From positions 81,036,001 to 81,100,000 of the forward strand of contig CM052816.1 in the NCBI GenBank assembly GCA_028534125.1: a stretch of 64,000 nucleotides of DNA, written 5' to 3'. The stretch comes from Lama glama. Taxonomy: Eukaryota. Below, one piece after another: positions 52,200 through 62,897 of the stretch (its first letter is position 1; each line of letters opens with the position of its first letter). A program made the position numbers and the translations under genes. Under the pieces are notes generated by a model, which was not told where the DNA came from, made no database searches, and saw only the letters and a program-made list of their open reading frames with translations.

Positions 52200-53310
52200 T
52201 GTTTATTTCTTAATAACATATAATTGACATATTGTATTAGCTTCAGGTGTACAACATAGTGATTCAATATTTTTATATATTACAAAATAATCACCACAGT
52301 AAGTCTAGTTACCGTCTGTCACCATACAAAGTTATTAAAATACTACTGACTATATTTTGTGTGCTGTACATTACATCCCCATGGCTAATTTTTTTAATGA
52401 CTGGAATTTTGTACCTCTTTGTCCCTTTTACCTAATTCACCCATCTCCCATTTCCCTCCCCTCTGGCAACCACCAGTTTATTCTCTATATCTGTGTTTAT
52501 TTCTGTTTTGTCTTGTTTGTTCATTTGTTTTGTTTTACATTCCACATACAAGTGAAGTCACATGATATTTGTCTTTTTTAGCATAATACCTTCTAGGTCT
52601 ATCCATGTTGTCCAAATGACAAGATTTCATTCTTTTCTACAGCTAATATACCACTGTGTATATATATACCACATCTTCTTAATCCATTCATCTATCAGTG
52701 GCCACTTCAATTGCTTCCATATATTGGCTACTATAATGTTGCACTGAACATTGGGGTGGATACATCTTTTTGAATTTGTGTGTTTGTTTTTGTTGGATAA
52801 AAAGTGGAATTGCTGGATCATATTTCTATTATTAATTTTTTGAGGACGCTTCATACTGTTTTCCGTAACAATTGTACCAATTCATCCCACCAATAGTGCA
52901 CAGGGCTCTGTTTTCTCCACATCCTGACCAGCACTTGTTATTTGTTGTCTTTTTGATCATAGCCATCTGACAGCTGCAAAGTGATACCTCATTCTGGTTT
53001 TTATTTGCACTTCCCTAATGATTAGTGATATTGAACATTTTTTCATGTGTCTTTTGGCCATCTGTATATTTTCTTTGAAATAATGTCTATGTCCATTTTT
53101 TAAATTGGATTGTTTGGTCTTCTGATATTGAGTTGCATGAGTCCTTTATATATTTTGGATATTAATCTCTTATCAGACATGTCATTTGCAAATAACTTAT
53201 CCCATTGGATACTTTCCGTGATACCACCAGCTTTGTTCTTCTTTCTGAAGATTGCTTTGGTAATCTGGGGTCTTTTGTGGTTCCATGAAAATTTCAGGAT
53301 GATTTGCTTT
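52200..53310 (-). mobile_element. L1MA-like 3' region
   Basis: Minus ORF 52627-52854 'IIVANIWKQLKWPLIDEWIKKMWYIYT' is the L1 ORF2 C-terminus. Confidence 0.9.
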
Positions 53311-53563
53311 CCTCAAAGGGAACTTGGCACCATGTACTTTTATTTGTTTCAGCCTCTGCTCTCATAAAGCAGTTTATACTTTGTGTGGGGAGATTAAATG
53401 CACACACAAAAAACAATGCAAACTATAATCAAGCTCTAAAAATTATCATGTATCTAAAAATGCTGTTGAAAGTCAGAAAATGGATGTCCATGTGGACTAA
53501 TAAAGTTGGCAATGGCTTAACGGAGGAGGAGGGCTTGAAGGTGAGTCTAAGCACATAGGAGAG

Positions 53564-53939
53564 TGCACTGGTCTGCTTGGGCTACCATAACAAAACGCCA
53601 TACATTGGTGGCTTAAACAGGAATTTATTTCTCATGGATCTGGGAACTAGAAGATCAAGGTGCTAGCTGACTTCCTGGTGAAGGCGATCCTCCTGGCTTG
53701 TAGCTTCCTCTCTGTGTGCTCACATGGCCTTCACTGGGTGCATGAGTCAGGATAAAATGAAAGAGCAAGTTCTCTGTTGTCACTGCTTATAAGGACTACT
53801 CTTATAGAATTATGACTCTTAGGAGCTCATTTAACCTTAATTACTTCCTTAGAGGCCCCGTCTCCAAATGTAGCTGCACTGGGTGCCAGAGCTTCCACAC
53901 ATGAATCTGGCAGGGGACACAAACATTCAGCCTGTAACA
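53564..53939 (-). mobile_element. MaLR MLT1A-like solo LTR
   Basis: 'ggtggcttaaacaggaatttatttctc...ggggacacaaacattcagcctgtaaca'. Confidence 0.85.
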
Positions 53940-54049
53940 GTGGCATATGACCAAAGAGTATGGGGGACAGTGGTTAGGACCAAGGATGGCAGGAGAAAAA
54001 ATGAGGAGATGGGAAAAGTTTATATATATATAAATATATATATAAAGAC

Positions 54050-54772
54050 ATCAGTTATTTCTGAACAAATATTTATTGAGTACCTGCTCCAGACCAGGCA
54101 CTGTTCCTGACACACGGGCTGCCTTCACAGGGTTATTTCTAGCAGGTGGCAACACACATAAACATAAGTCAGTTCTTTAGTAACTGTTATCAGATGTGTA
54201 CAAGTGATGAGTACTATGGGAATAAGAAGAAAGTTGAGCCGGAGATGGGGGTCAAGGTTAGACATGGTGAGGGGAGAGGATGAGAAGTTTAGTTAGGGTG
54301 GGCAACATAGGCCTCATTGAAAAGATGAGAATTGAGCAAAGACTTGAGGAACTGAATAAGTTGGGGAAAGCATTCCAGACAGAGGGAAGATAAAGCAAAG
54401 ACCTAAGAGGCAGAAAATTCTTGACATTCAAGAAAGAATGAAGATGCCAGTGTAGCCAGAGGGGAGTGAGTGAGGGCAGGGCCTGTGGGAAAGGTCAGCG
54501 TAGGCCTCAAAGGCCACTGCAAGGACTTTGGGAGCCAGTGCAGGGTTTGAACAAAACAGTGAGAAGATCTGACTGTTTAAAGGCTTGCTCTGGCTGCTGC
54601 ATGTCTGGCTAGGAGCGGGGAGGCCATACCAGACAAGACACGATGGTGGTTCAGACCAAGGTGGTAGCAGGGGAGGTGGCAGCAGTGATCTGATTCTGGA
54701 TATATGTTGACAGCAGAGCCAAGAGAATTTCCTGACCGACTGTGGAAGAATGGGGCGAGTCAAGAGCGATTG
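54050..54772 (-). mobile_element. L2 fragment
   Basis: 'aacaaatatttattgagtacctgctccagaccaggcactgttc...gattctggatatatgttga'. Confidence 0.8.
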
Positions 54773-55009
54773 TGATGCTCACATTTACACTTCACACTAG
54801 ACTCATTACACTGCAGCTGGAGCACTTCTACCTTCCTGCCCGACTCCACCTCTGTCACTTTGTAGGTGAGAAATGCAGGACTCAGAGAATCTCACTGAGT
54901 TATCAGAAGTCTCTACGTTAAAGGAAGTAGAACTAAAATTGTTTCTATTCATAAAATATAGAATAACTTCATTCTACATTGGTTTAGTGCTCTCGCTACT
55001 GTTAAATAT

Positions 55010-55270
55010 AAACATTCCTTGACCATTCTTTGAAAAACTGCAACTCAACTCTCCCTCTTTCCCTTTCTTCATTTCTTTTTCTCCCAAGCAATTGCCAACA
55101 TCTAACACGTTGTACTTAGATATCTTGTTTACTGTCTGTCTCCCAGACTAGAATACAAGCAGCCATTTTTCTTGGTGTGTTTGTTGCTGTGTCTCTGCTG
55201 CCTAGAAAAGTGCCTGGCACATGATAGATATTCAGTAAATATGTATTAAATGAATGTGCTCATGCATGAA
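55010..55270 (+). mobile_element. L2 3' end
   Basis: 'ctgtctcccagactagaatacaagc...gtgcctggcacatgatagatattcagtaaatatg'. Confidence 0.7.
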
Positions 55271-56019
55271 TGTGTGGAAGAAAGAAGGGAGGGGAAGAGA
55301 GAAGAAAATGGAAAAGAAGAGGGGGGGAGGGGAGGAGAGGAAGAGAGAGAAGGAAATGAAAGGATGTAGCTCCTTTAGGAGTTCACATTCTTCATGCCCT
55401 TTGCTAAGGGACACAGGAAACTCAGACTGTCCAGTTTTTTAGGTCTCATATCCACACACATATACACAAACAAAACAACAGAATTAAAATTACAAAGTAA
55501 CCCAAAAGTTAAAGATTTGTTAGTTTTTAAAAACTAAATTCAACCTTATATATATGTATATTCCTTTCTCATAAATGATATTGCATCTGGGCACATTTTC
55601 TTTACTCCAGAAGATTTGCAGTTCTGCCAATTTCCACTGAGAGGGAGATGAAAACTATGGTAGGAGTCAGCAAAGCTACGACATAATTTTTTTTTTAATG
55701 AGTATTGAGCAAATAAATCAAGTGACACCATTCTTCCCAACAATGCTTAACTGGTGCTTATAATTCTGAAGCCCCTCACAGAAGAAAATGGGCTACATGC
55801 TTCTGTATAAACTGAAAAGGGGCTGAACTTCTAGGTCACAGGGTCATTAACTCTGAAAGCTGGCCTTTCCTACCCATGGCCCCCAATTAATCAAAATGCA
55901 GTACGGCCAGCAGTCATGGGAGTCATTTCCTGCTACTGAATCAGTATCACTGTCTACTGCAGCTCTTCCTAGATCTGGAAACGGGTTGAATTGTATGAAA
56001 ACCTACCCTTGGAAACAAT

Positions 56020-56573
56020 TGTTACCCCAAAAGGGGAAGAGAAAAGACCCCAGTTCTTGTCACACCCAAAAGATGAGAATTCAGACAGGAGAAAGAGTGT
56101 TGTGTAGCAAAAGATTTTACAGGATTTATTTAGGAAGGGAAAAGTACATTTCCGAGAATGGGAGGAGGGCGATCCAGGGGAGAAACAGTGATGGTCCTTG
56201 TTTATCCCTTCCTCTTAAACCCTCGCTTGGAGGTGGTCTTTTGACTGACTGACAGTTCTTGCCCCTGGAATGCCTAGTCATGTTTGTCCTCTTTGCGCAC
56301 GTCCTCCTCACCCACGATACACACAGGAAAACCCATTGAGAGGCCTAAAACCGCAATGCTAATTATATTACAATGAGCACTGGGTCACGCCCGGCTAGGT
56401 CCTTCTCGCTACCGCAGTTGCGGCTGTCGGGGTCTAACCGGTTTCTTGCTGGTGCTCATTTGGAGGCAGTAAAGTCCCTTTATGCTGGAGGTGGGCACAC
56501 CGCCACCTTCTGGACCATCTTCCCTCTCCTCCACTTACGTGCCCAGGGTCCCCACTTATCTGACTACCTAACA
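56020..56573 (-). mobile_element. ERV1-class solo LTR (554 bp)
   Basis: TGTTA...TAACA inverted termini, perfect 4-bp TSD CAAT (56016-56019 and 56574-56577), minus-strand AATAAA near 56125-56130, CpG-rich. Confidence 0.88.
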
Positions 56574-56734
56574 CAATGAGTGAATATTTTCAGTTAAACT
56601 ATATTTCAGTTTGCAGTTTACAGAGCGTGTTTTATGTATTTCACCCGTTCAGCGGGCTAGGTGGGGCTCCCTTCCCCAGGTGAGAAGCAAATTACTTAAG
56701 CTTTTGAGTCCTTCCATGGTCCTTGTGCTGGGTA

Positions 56735-57178
56735 ACTTCGGCGTGCCACTCCAGACCCATTCTCCTCCCTTCTCCATCCTCTCTTCCCATTCCGCCCTCT
56801 GCGCCTGGAAATCCACTGGCCTGCAGCAACCCGTCCCTGGGCTTCTGGCTTCTCGCTGGCTCCGCCGATGGGAGACCGCGGTAGCAGAGGGGAGGGCAAC
56901 AGAGAGCAGGCCCTCGGCCCTTATTTCTCTTGCTCTCTCCTACCAGGTCTAAGGGAACAAGCCGTATCCCTCTAGTCAAGCACAGTTCCTTTCTGGCGTC
57001 CCCTCTGCATTCCAGACATGGCCCCCTTCCATCTCCCCTTCTGGCCTAGAGATGGCAACATTTGTGGTTTTTTCTTGAACTCAGCCCTTGCTTTGTAAAT
57101 AGTCCTTTTAATAAGCTCTCCTCAAATCACCTGATTTGAGAGTGTCCTCTGTTTTCTGCTAAAACCCAGGAACACACA
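56735..57178 (+). mobile_element. ERVL LTR (LTR33-like)
   Basis: 'ctccagacccattctcc...tgtaaatagtccttttaataagctctcctcaaatcacctgatttgag'. Confidence 0.7.
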
Positions 57179-59388
57179 CACTTAACAGATAAGGAGCAGG
57201 ACTTGCCCCCAGATCTGCTAACTCCAAGTCCAGGCCTCTTCCCCTGCCTAACAGTCGAGGCTATCAGATGATAAACCCGATTGCCCCCCTCATCTTGTAA
57301 CAATGTCTCGTCTCCAGACACAGATCAGTTTCAGCCCTAAGGGGTGGGTGCAGGCCGAGACCAGTGGAAACTCAAGAAATTGAGCTTTTTGGAGGAACCA
57401 CCGTTCCATTCTGTTTCATGTCCTGGGTGTAAATCAGCCCCACCTAAGATGCCCGGAAGGGAAGTACTCCTGATCCTCGTGCTTTTGCTCTTTCACCACA
57501 CTAGCCAAGCCCCTCGAGTTATGTTCTTCTCTACAGGAGGCAAAACTGAGTAAGACAATGTAATCTGCCTCTGAGGAATCAGAAGGATTCTATAAGTAGC
57601 AACTGTCAAACACAAAAAGGTCTCTGGGTAAACCAGGGGTGCAAGCACTGTCCTGTGCTATGACAAATTCAAGCACAGCAGTGAAGGAGACAGCGGAGCG
57701 TGTTCGTGCCTGACAGGAATTTCGTTCCCTGAGAAACGTTCCTGTCATGTCAGGTTGGCCAGGGAAACAGCTTTACTCTAGACAACTATGTCTTCTCAGG
57801 GGTCTATTTAGATGACAGTTTAGAGATACTAAGGACAATTGACTAATTAATTCTGACTAATGGCCTTGATTTTAGTTGAACTGTGTAGAATTTGTTAGTC
57901 AAAATATGATTTTTTCCCCAGGTTAGACAAAAGCGCCAAGTTCAGTGTGCTTGATTTAGACCATTAAGGGGTAAACTGTATGTGACTGTGAACGAGAAGA
58001 GGTGGCACGTTGGGTCCTTCCATTTTCCCGAGACGTGCCCTTGAGCTCTCCTCACTGGCCACAGAAACTTAAAGATAAAATTCCATACAGAACATTTTGC
58101 TCTCCCCCAGGGGAAAAGGAAAGCAGTTTTGGCCGGGGAGGAACCCTGTGAGGGTCAGAGTTGACAAAAACCTTAGTTTGTCCAAGCTGTTGCTATAGAT
58201 TTTAAATATATAGCCATGCAGTGCTTTGGGCTGATTTCCCAGGGGCATATATGCTCCAAATTCCTAGCTCATCTATCAAGAGCTTTAAGTTGTTTAATGT
58301 TGCTTAAGACACACTGGGTGTTGCCAATACATTCTTCCCTTCAGGGAGGCTTTTTCTCCTTGAATGTTTTCCTCTAGGCCTCAAGAACACATCAAGTGCT
58401 TCGCTCTGGGTTTCACCACGCCCTGACTGCCCCTCCTAATCCTATACCTCATAACGTAGAGAAATGAGTCTTTTCGTTCATTCTTTGATTTGCTAAGCCA
58501 TTAAGGATTATATTTGTTCCAAATGCTAAGCTTAGAGGACTTCAGCAAGTGGAAGAGATCAACAAGTCAACACAAAACCAGGATCCAAGATGATTATTGC
58601 TAAGAGACTCAGGATAAAGTGCTTTGGGAATATTTTTCAACAGTCTTGTCCACAACCACGTTATGGGCTCATCTCAGCGATTTTGCCTTCTTAGAGTCTT
58701 CACCGTACCCCCAGTGTAAATCTCTCTCCTTAAGCTCAGAACTTTACAGAAGAGAGCATTGTCCTCTATTCTTCCTGATGGTTGAGTCTAGAAAGTCTAA
58801 GTGTGTATCCCACAAAGCTAGTTATTCTATTATAGTTCTATTATAGTCCCTGTAGCATAAGGATCATTGGGAGATTTTTGACTCTCTTCTCCAGGGTATC
58901 ATGCCATTCCACATAATAGCTAAGAAGCACAAAGGCTTTTGTGTCATGGAGTTCATTCAAGGGGAAGAAAGGCCTCTTGAAGGATTTTATGCAGAATATT
59001 GAAGATGTGAACTCAGTCATTGGCCTCCTAAGCAGGGGGTTCTTTCAAAACAGGAAGGACTGGCAGCTAAATGTTCTTTTAGTTAAATCTCATCTGAAAG
59101 TATAAACACAGGAATTCCACTTCCTTATCAATGTATTTATCTCCAACGCCTCTGCTCTGACGAATAAAAGAGGTAATCTCATATTGTTGATCTGGATGGG
59201 TAACTACTTCACTTGAACTCACTTGCAACAAGGCATTATTTGGAATATGTTAGAGGAAAGGAAAAAAATAAAGCCAATTCTTTAAAACAATTATGCAGAA
59301 ACTGCCAATGGAGCTGGCATATCTTTATAAACAGTTGGCTTCAAATGGTCCAGAGATTAATTGACTGGAAGCAGGAATGGCCTCATCA

Positions 59389-59406
59389 GCTTTCACTTTG
59401 ACGTCA
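59389..59406. promoter_or_regulatory. IRF/PRDM1 motif abutting a full CRE (AICE1-like spacing)
   Basis: GCTTTCACTT-TGACGTCA; motif match only, no functional data. Confidence 0.5.
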
Positions 59407-59899
59407 TGAAACTACTGTTGCTTGCTCTTCCCTGGGGCAAACAAAGGGACTCAAATCTCTTGGTGGGCCCATCACCAAAAACCCTCCTGCATTTAAATAT
59501 CAATGCCTCTCAAAAGGGACCTCAGCCCTGCTGAACCAGGAAAAGGGAGAGCAAACAGACACTTATCTGCAGGGCCAAGGGACAGAGGGCTCCCTGGTCT
59601 GAACCTGAGTGTGCAGCTGAGCCAGGCACCACGAGGACACTGCCTGGCCGGCGGCCACCGCGCGGGCCTCTGTGGAGCCCAGCGCCCTGAAAGAGTTCAT
59701 TCACTCCACATGGGTGAGCAATTTCCTCCCAAGTGGCTACTCACTAATGGCAGACTCAATTACAGACAAGATTAATGGGTCTGCCCGGTGTGCTGAATCT
59801 ACCTTAGTCTTTTTTCTTTCCAAAGGAAAAAGTCTTCACATACAAGAACTAAAGCTCTGGGACAAATCTTATGTCAAATAATGAGATGATTTCTTGAAA

Positions 59900-59965
59900 T
59901 GGAGGAAAAAAAGGAAACAAAGTGGGAAACCACAGGAAATATTGCGGAAAGTGACTCTGGAAGCG
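59900..59965 (+). promoter_or_regulatory. Clustered NFAT/ETS/RUNX/TCF/IRF motifs, putative immune enhancer core
   Basis: Six GGAA cores, AACCACA, ACAAAG and GAAAGTGA within 65 bp. Confidence 0.5.
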
Positions 59966-59984
59966 ATGCCTTTCACATGTCCCT

Positions 59985-60025
59985 CACACACACACACACT
60001 CACACACACACACACACACACACAC
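59985..60025. repeat. (CA)n microsatellite, one interruption
   Basis: Visible directly in sequence. Confidence 0.95.
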
Positions 60026-60280
60026 CCCAGAAGGGCAGTGACTCTCAGAGCCGAGAGTGGAAGACACTGTCTTACCGGTGTGGGAAAAGCCATATCTCTG
60101 CCCACGGGAAGGCCGTGGGCTCTGTGTCCGTTCTCTCCTTTCCTAGCTGGGTTCCTGCTGCCTGGGACTGAAGTGAAGGGGATGAGTTTGCCTTTCTCTG
60201 GTTTTTTCTAGAATAACTTCTTGGTAAAGCTGTACTGGAACCCTAAGCCCTTTGAATTTCATCTACTAGCATTTTTCTTC

Positions 60281-60843
60281 CAGAGCCAACTACATAATGT
60301 ATGAGGCCCGGTGCAAAATGCAAATGTGGGCCCCTTGTCCACAAAAGCAGGGGAAAAGGTGTTTCCTTTTGTTTGTGGTCTCCCTTTCAGCCAGTTGAGG
60401 TGATTTTTACTGGCTATTCAATGTTGCACTCCTTTAAGTGCAGCAGAGCACTTCAGGGTGAGTGGAGATTCTCATACATGCCTGGGGCTTCACCTGACGA
60501 TGGGGGTTGCATATGCTTAGCCCTTAAACCTCTCTCCACCATGTCCATGTCCATATCCCCACCAGAGACAGAAGACAGCAGCATAACTGGGCAGTCTCAG
60601 GGAGTGGGAGGCTGAGAACCCCCCCAACAGAGGTGGCAGGAGACAGGAGAACAAGTAAATCAAGGCTCCAAGGCCCCTGTGCATGCTCCATTGTCCCACT
60701 GGACTTCACTTACAAAACTTAAATTCAAAGATAAAATTATTAAGAATTTCAACACGGCGACCACAGAGCATTAACCCCTAAGCATGAACCCCTGTCTGAA
60801 CGTGGACAGCTGCACTGGTCACCCACTCATGGAGCCAGCCCTG
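60281..60843 (+). mobile_element. MER45-family hAT-Tip100 element
   Basis: 'cagagccaactacataatg...ggcccggtgcaaaatg' to 'gagccagccctg'; perfect 8-bp TSD ttttcttc at 60273-60280 and 60844-60851. Confidence 0.88.
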
Positions 60844-61876
60844 TTTTCTTCTAATACAGGAAATACGGCTCTTCAAGCAAAAAATTCAAGAGTTTCCCCA
60901 GATATATGGATTTAGATAAACAGAGGAGACAGGCACACATGCATTTACGTGTGTGAAACTGGCTCTTCTCTGTATTTTCTCCTAAACCAGTTGCTCAGAT
61001 GCCCAATTACTGAGACAAAGGAATAAATATTGTTGGGGTTTGGATGCCCACTGACAGATTACTTGGATGAGGAGTGTGGTGGCCTCCAGTGCCACCAGCA
61101 AATCCCAGCAGGACAGGTTGACGATATCCTCTTTGGCACTGAGGGCTACTGTGTGCTGGTAAACAGTTTTATTCACTTGATACAAAAAAAGAAGTTAGCC
61201 TCATGTTATTTTCATTGTGGTTAAAATATTATTTTATGTACTTTTTGTATGTCTGAAATATTTTGCAATTTTTTTAAACCAAATTTTTTGATAATTGAAG
61301 CATGCTATTTAGTGATGTCATGCAGCAGACACTATTTTAAATTGCCACCTTTCCTGTTGATCTTAATGTCTGTGTCCAGCAGAAGAGGAGAGGAGAGGAA
61401 AGAAGAGAAAAAAGAAAAGGAAAGGGAAATTTAAACCTCAGTGGGAAAATCTCTCACCTTAAAGTCATCATTGTCAAATGTAGCAGTTGGAGCTCTCACT
61501 TTATTGTGATTGGACAAAGACATCTGGTCCCACAGCATTCATCGTCAGTATCCATCCTAAGTCCTTTATCATTTGCTGCTTTTACTGTGGTTACTTTTAT
61601 GTCTGTTTTATTCCCCATCCTTTCACCCTCAAACAAATCATAAGCCCCTTGGATTTTATGCAGCTTTGCATGATCCCACAATGCTTACTTAGCACAGTGA
61701 TAGGTACGTGGTTGTCACCAGACTTTCTGAAAAAAATCGGGAAAATTCAAACGGCTTATACACGTTGAGGTCCCTCATCCTGTCTTCTCACCCTCATGTG
61801 TAGCTATTACCAGATTTATGAGTTTCAGGTAGAATTATATGTCAACCATGAATTAAAAGAGACAAATTCAGAAATG

Positions 61877-61878
<2 letters not shown>

Positions 61879-61908
<30 letters not shown>
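61879..61908. repeat. (AT)n microsatellite
   Basis: Visible directly in sequence. Confidence 0.95.
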
Positions 61909-61910
<2 letters not shown>

Positions 61911-62409
61911 ATACACACAAGCGAATGACATTTTGTGAAGCTGACCAATCAATATCTAAATACAGGAAATTTAACATGTAATGAAGACTAGTTTTTAACT
62001 TGGCAAATGAAACTATGAATATATTAAAAGTTTGTAATATGTTGTACATTGAAAGTTTAGAAATATTATGATAAAACTAACAGAAAATGAAGTTAAACAT
62101 ATCTATATTCAAATATTTTAAAACTGAATACATCCCTTTTTCTTAAACCAGAGTTTTCTTAAACCAACAATAATAACTATAGACAACTGAATACAAAATA
62201 TTCTACAAATAGAGAAAAATATTTTTAAGGAGATTTGCAAGGCAGTGCAGTTACTGCATACAAGAATCCTGGCCAGTAAGAAACTCTGAATATAGAAATA
62301 TATGTAAATACAGACATAGACATAGATAAATAGATATTATGGATAATTCAAAGGATTATCATCACTATGTTCTCTGGAAAGAGGAGGCACTATGTGAAAA
62401 TATTAACAA

Positions 62410-62612
62410 AAACGAAGTTTATTGAGCAATTATCATGTGAAAGATATACTAAATGACTTTCTTTAATTCTCACAACAGTCCTAAGGAAATAGAGATGGCT
62501 GTAATCTGAGGCTTTGCAGAGGAGGGAACTGAGACGCGAGAAGTGAACTAAGCTAGTGAGCAGCGGAACCAGAATATGAACCAGGCAACAAAATCCAGCT
62601 TTAGCGTCTACA
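62410..62612 (-). mobile_element. MIR SINE
   Basis: 'tttaattctcacaacagtcctaagg...gcagaggagggaactgagac'. Confidence 0.7.
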
Positions 62613-62704
62613 TTTGTCTGCCTCACATGGTGCTGCTAGTGGATTTGCTGTCCCTGAAGCTTGGACCAGGCCACCAAGTGCTTCTTGCCTTGGAAGTTGG
62701 CTCG

Positions 62705-62897
62705 TAGGGCTGCCAGATTTAGCAAATTAAAAATACAGGATACTCAGTTAAGACTGAACTTCAGATAAGTAACGAACATTTGTTTAGTGTAAGTATGTCC
62801 CAATGTTGCATGGGGCATACTTATATTAGAAGTGATTCATTGTTTATTTGAAATTCAAATTTAACTGGGTGTCCTATTATTTTATCTGGCAACCCTA
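62705..62897. mobile_element. MER53 palindromic hAT MITE
   Basis: TAGGGCTGCCAGAT...ATCTGGCAACCCTA TIRs; the whole 193-bp element is near-palindromic. Confidence 0.9.
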
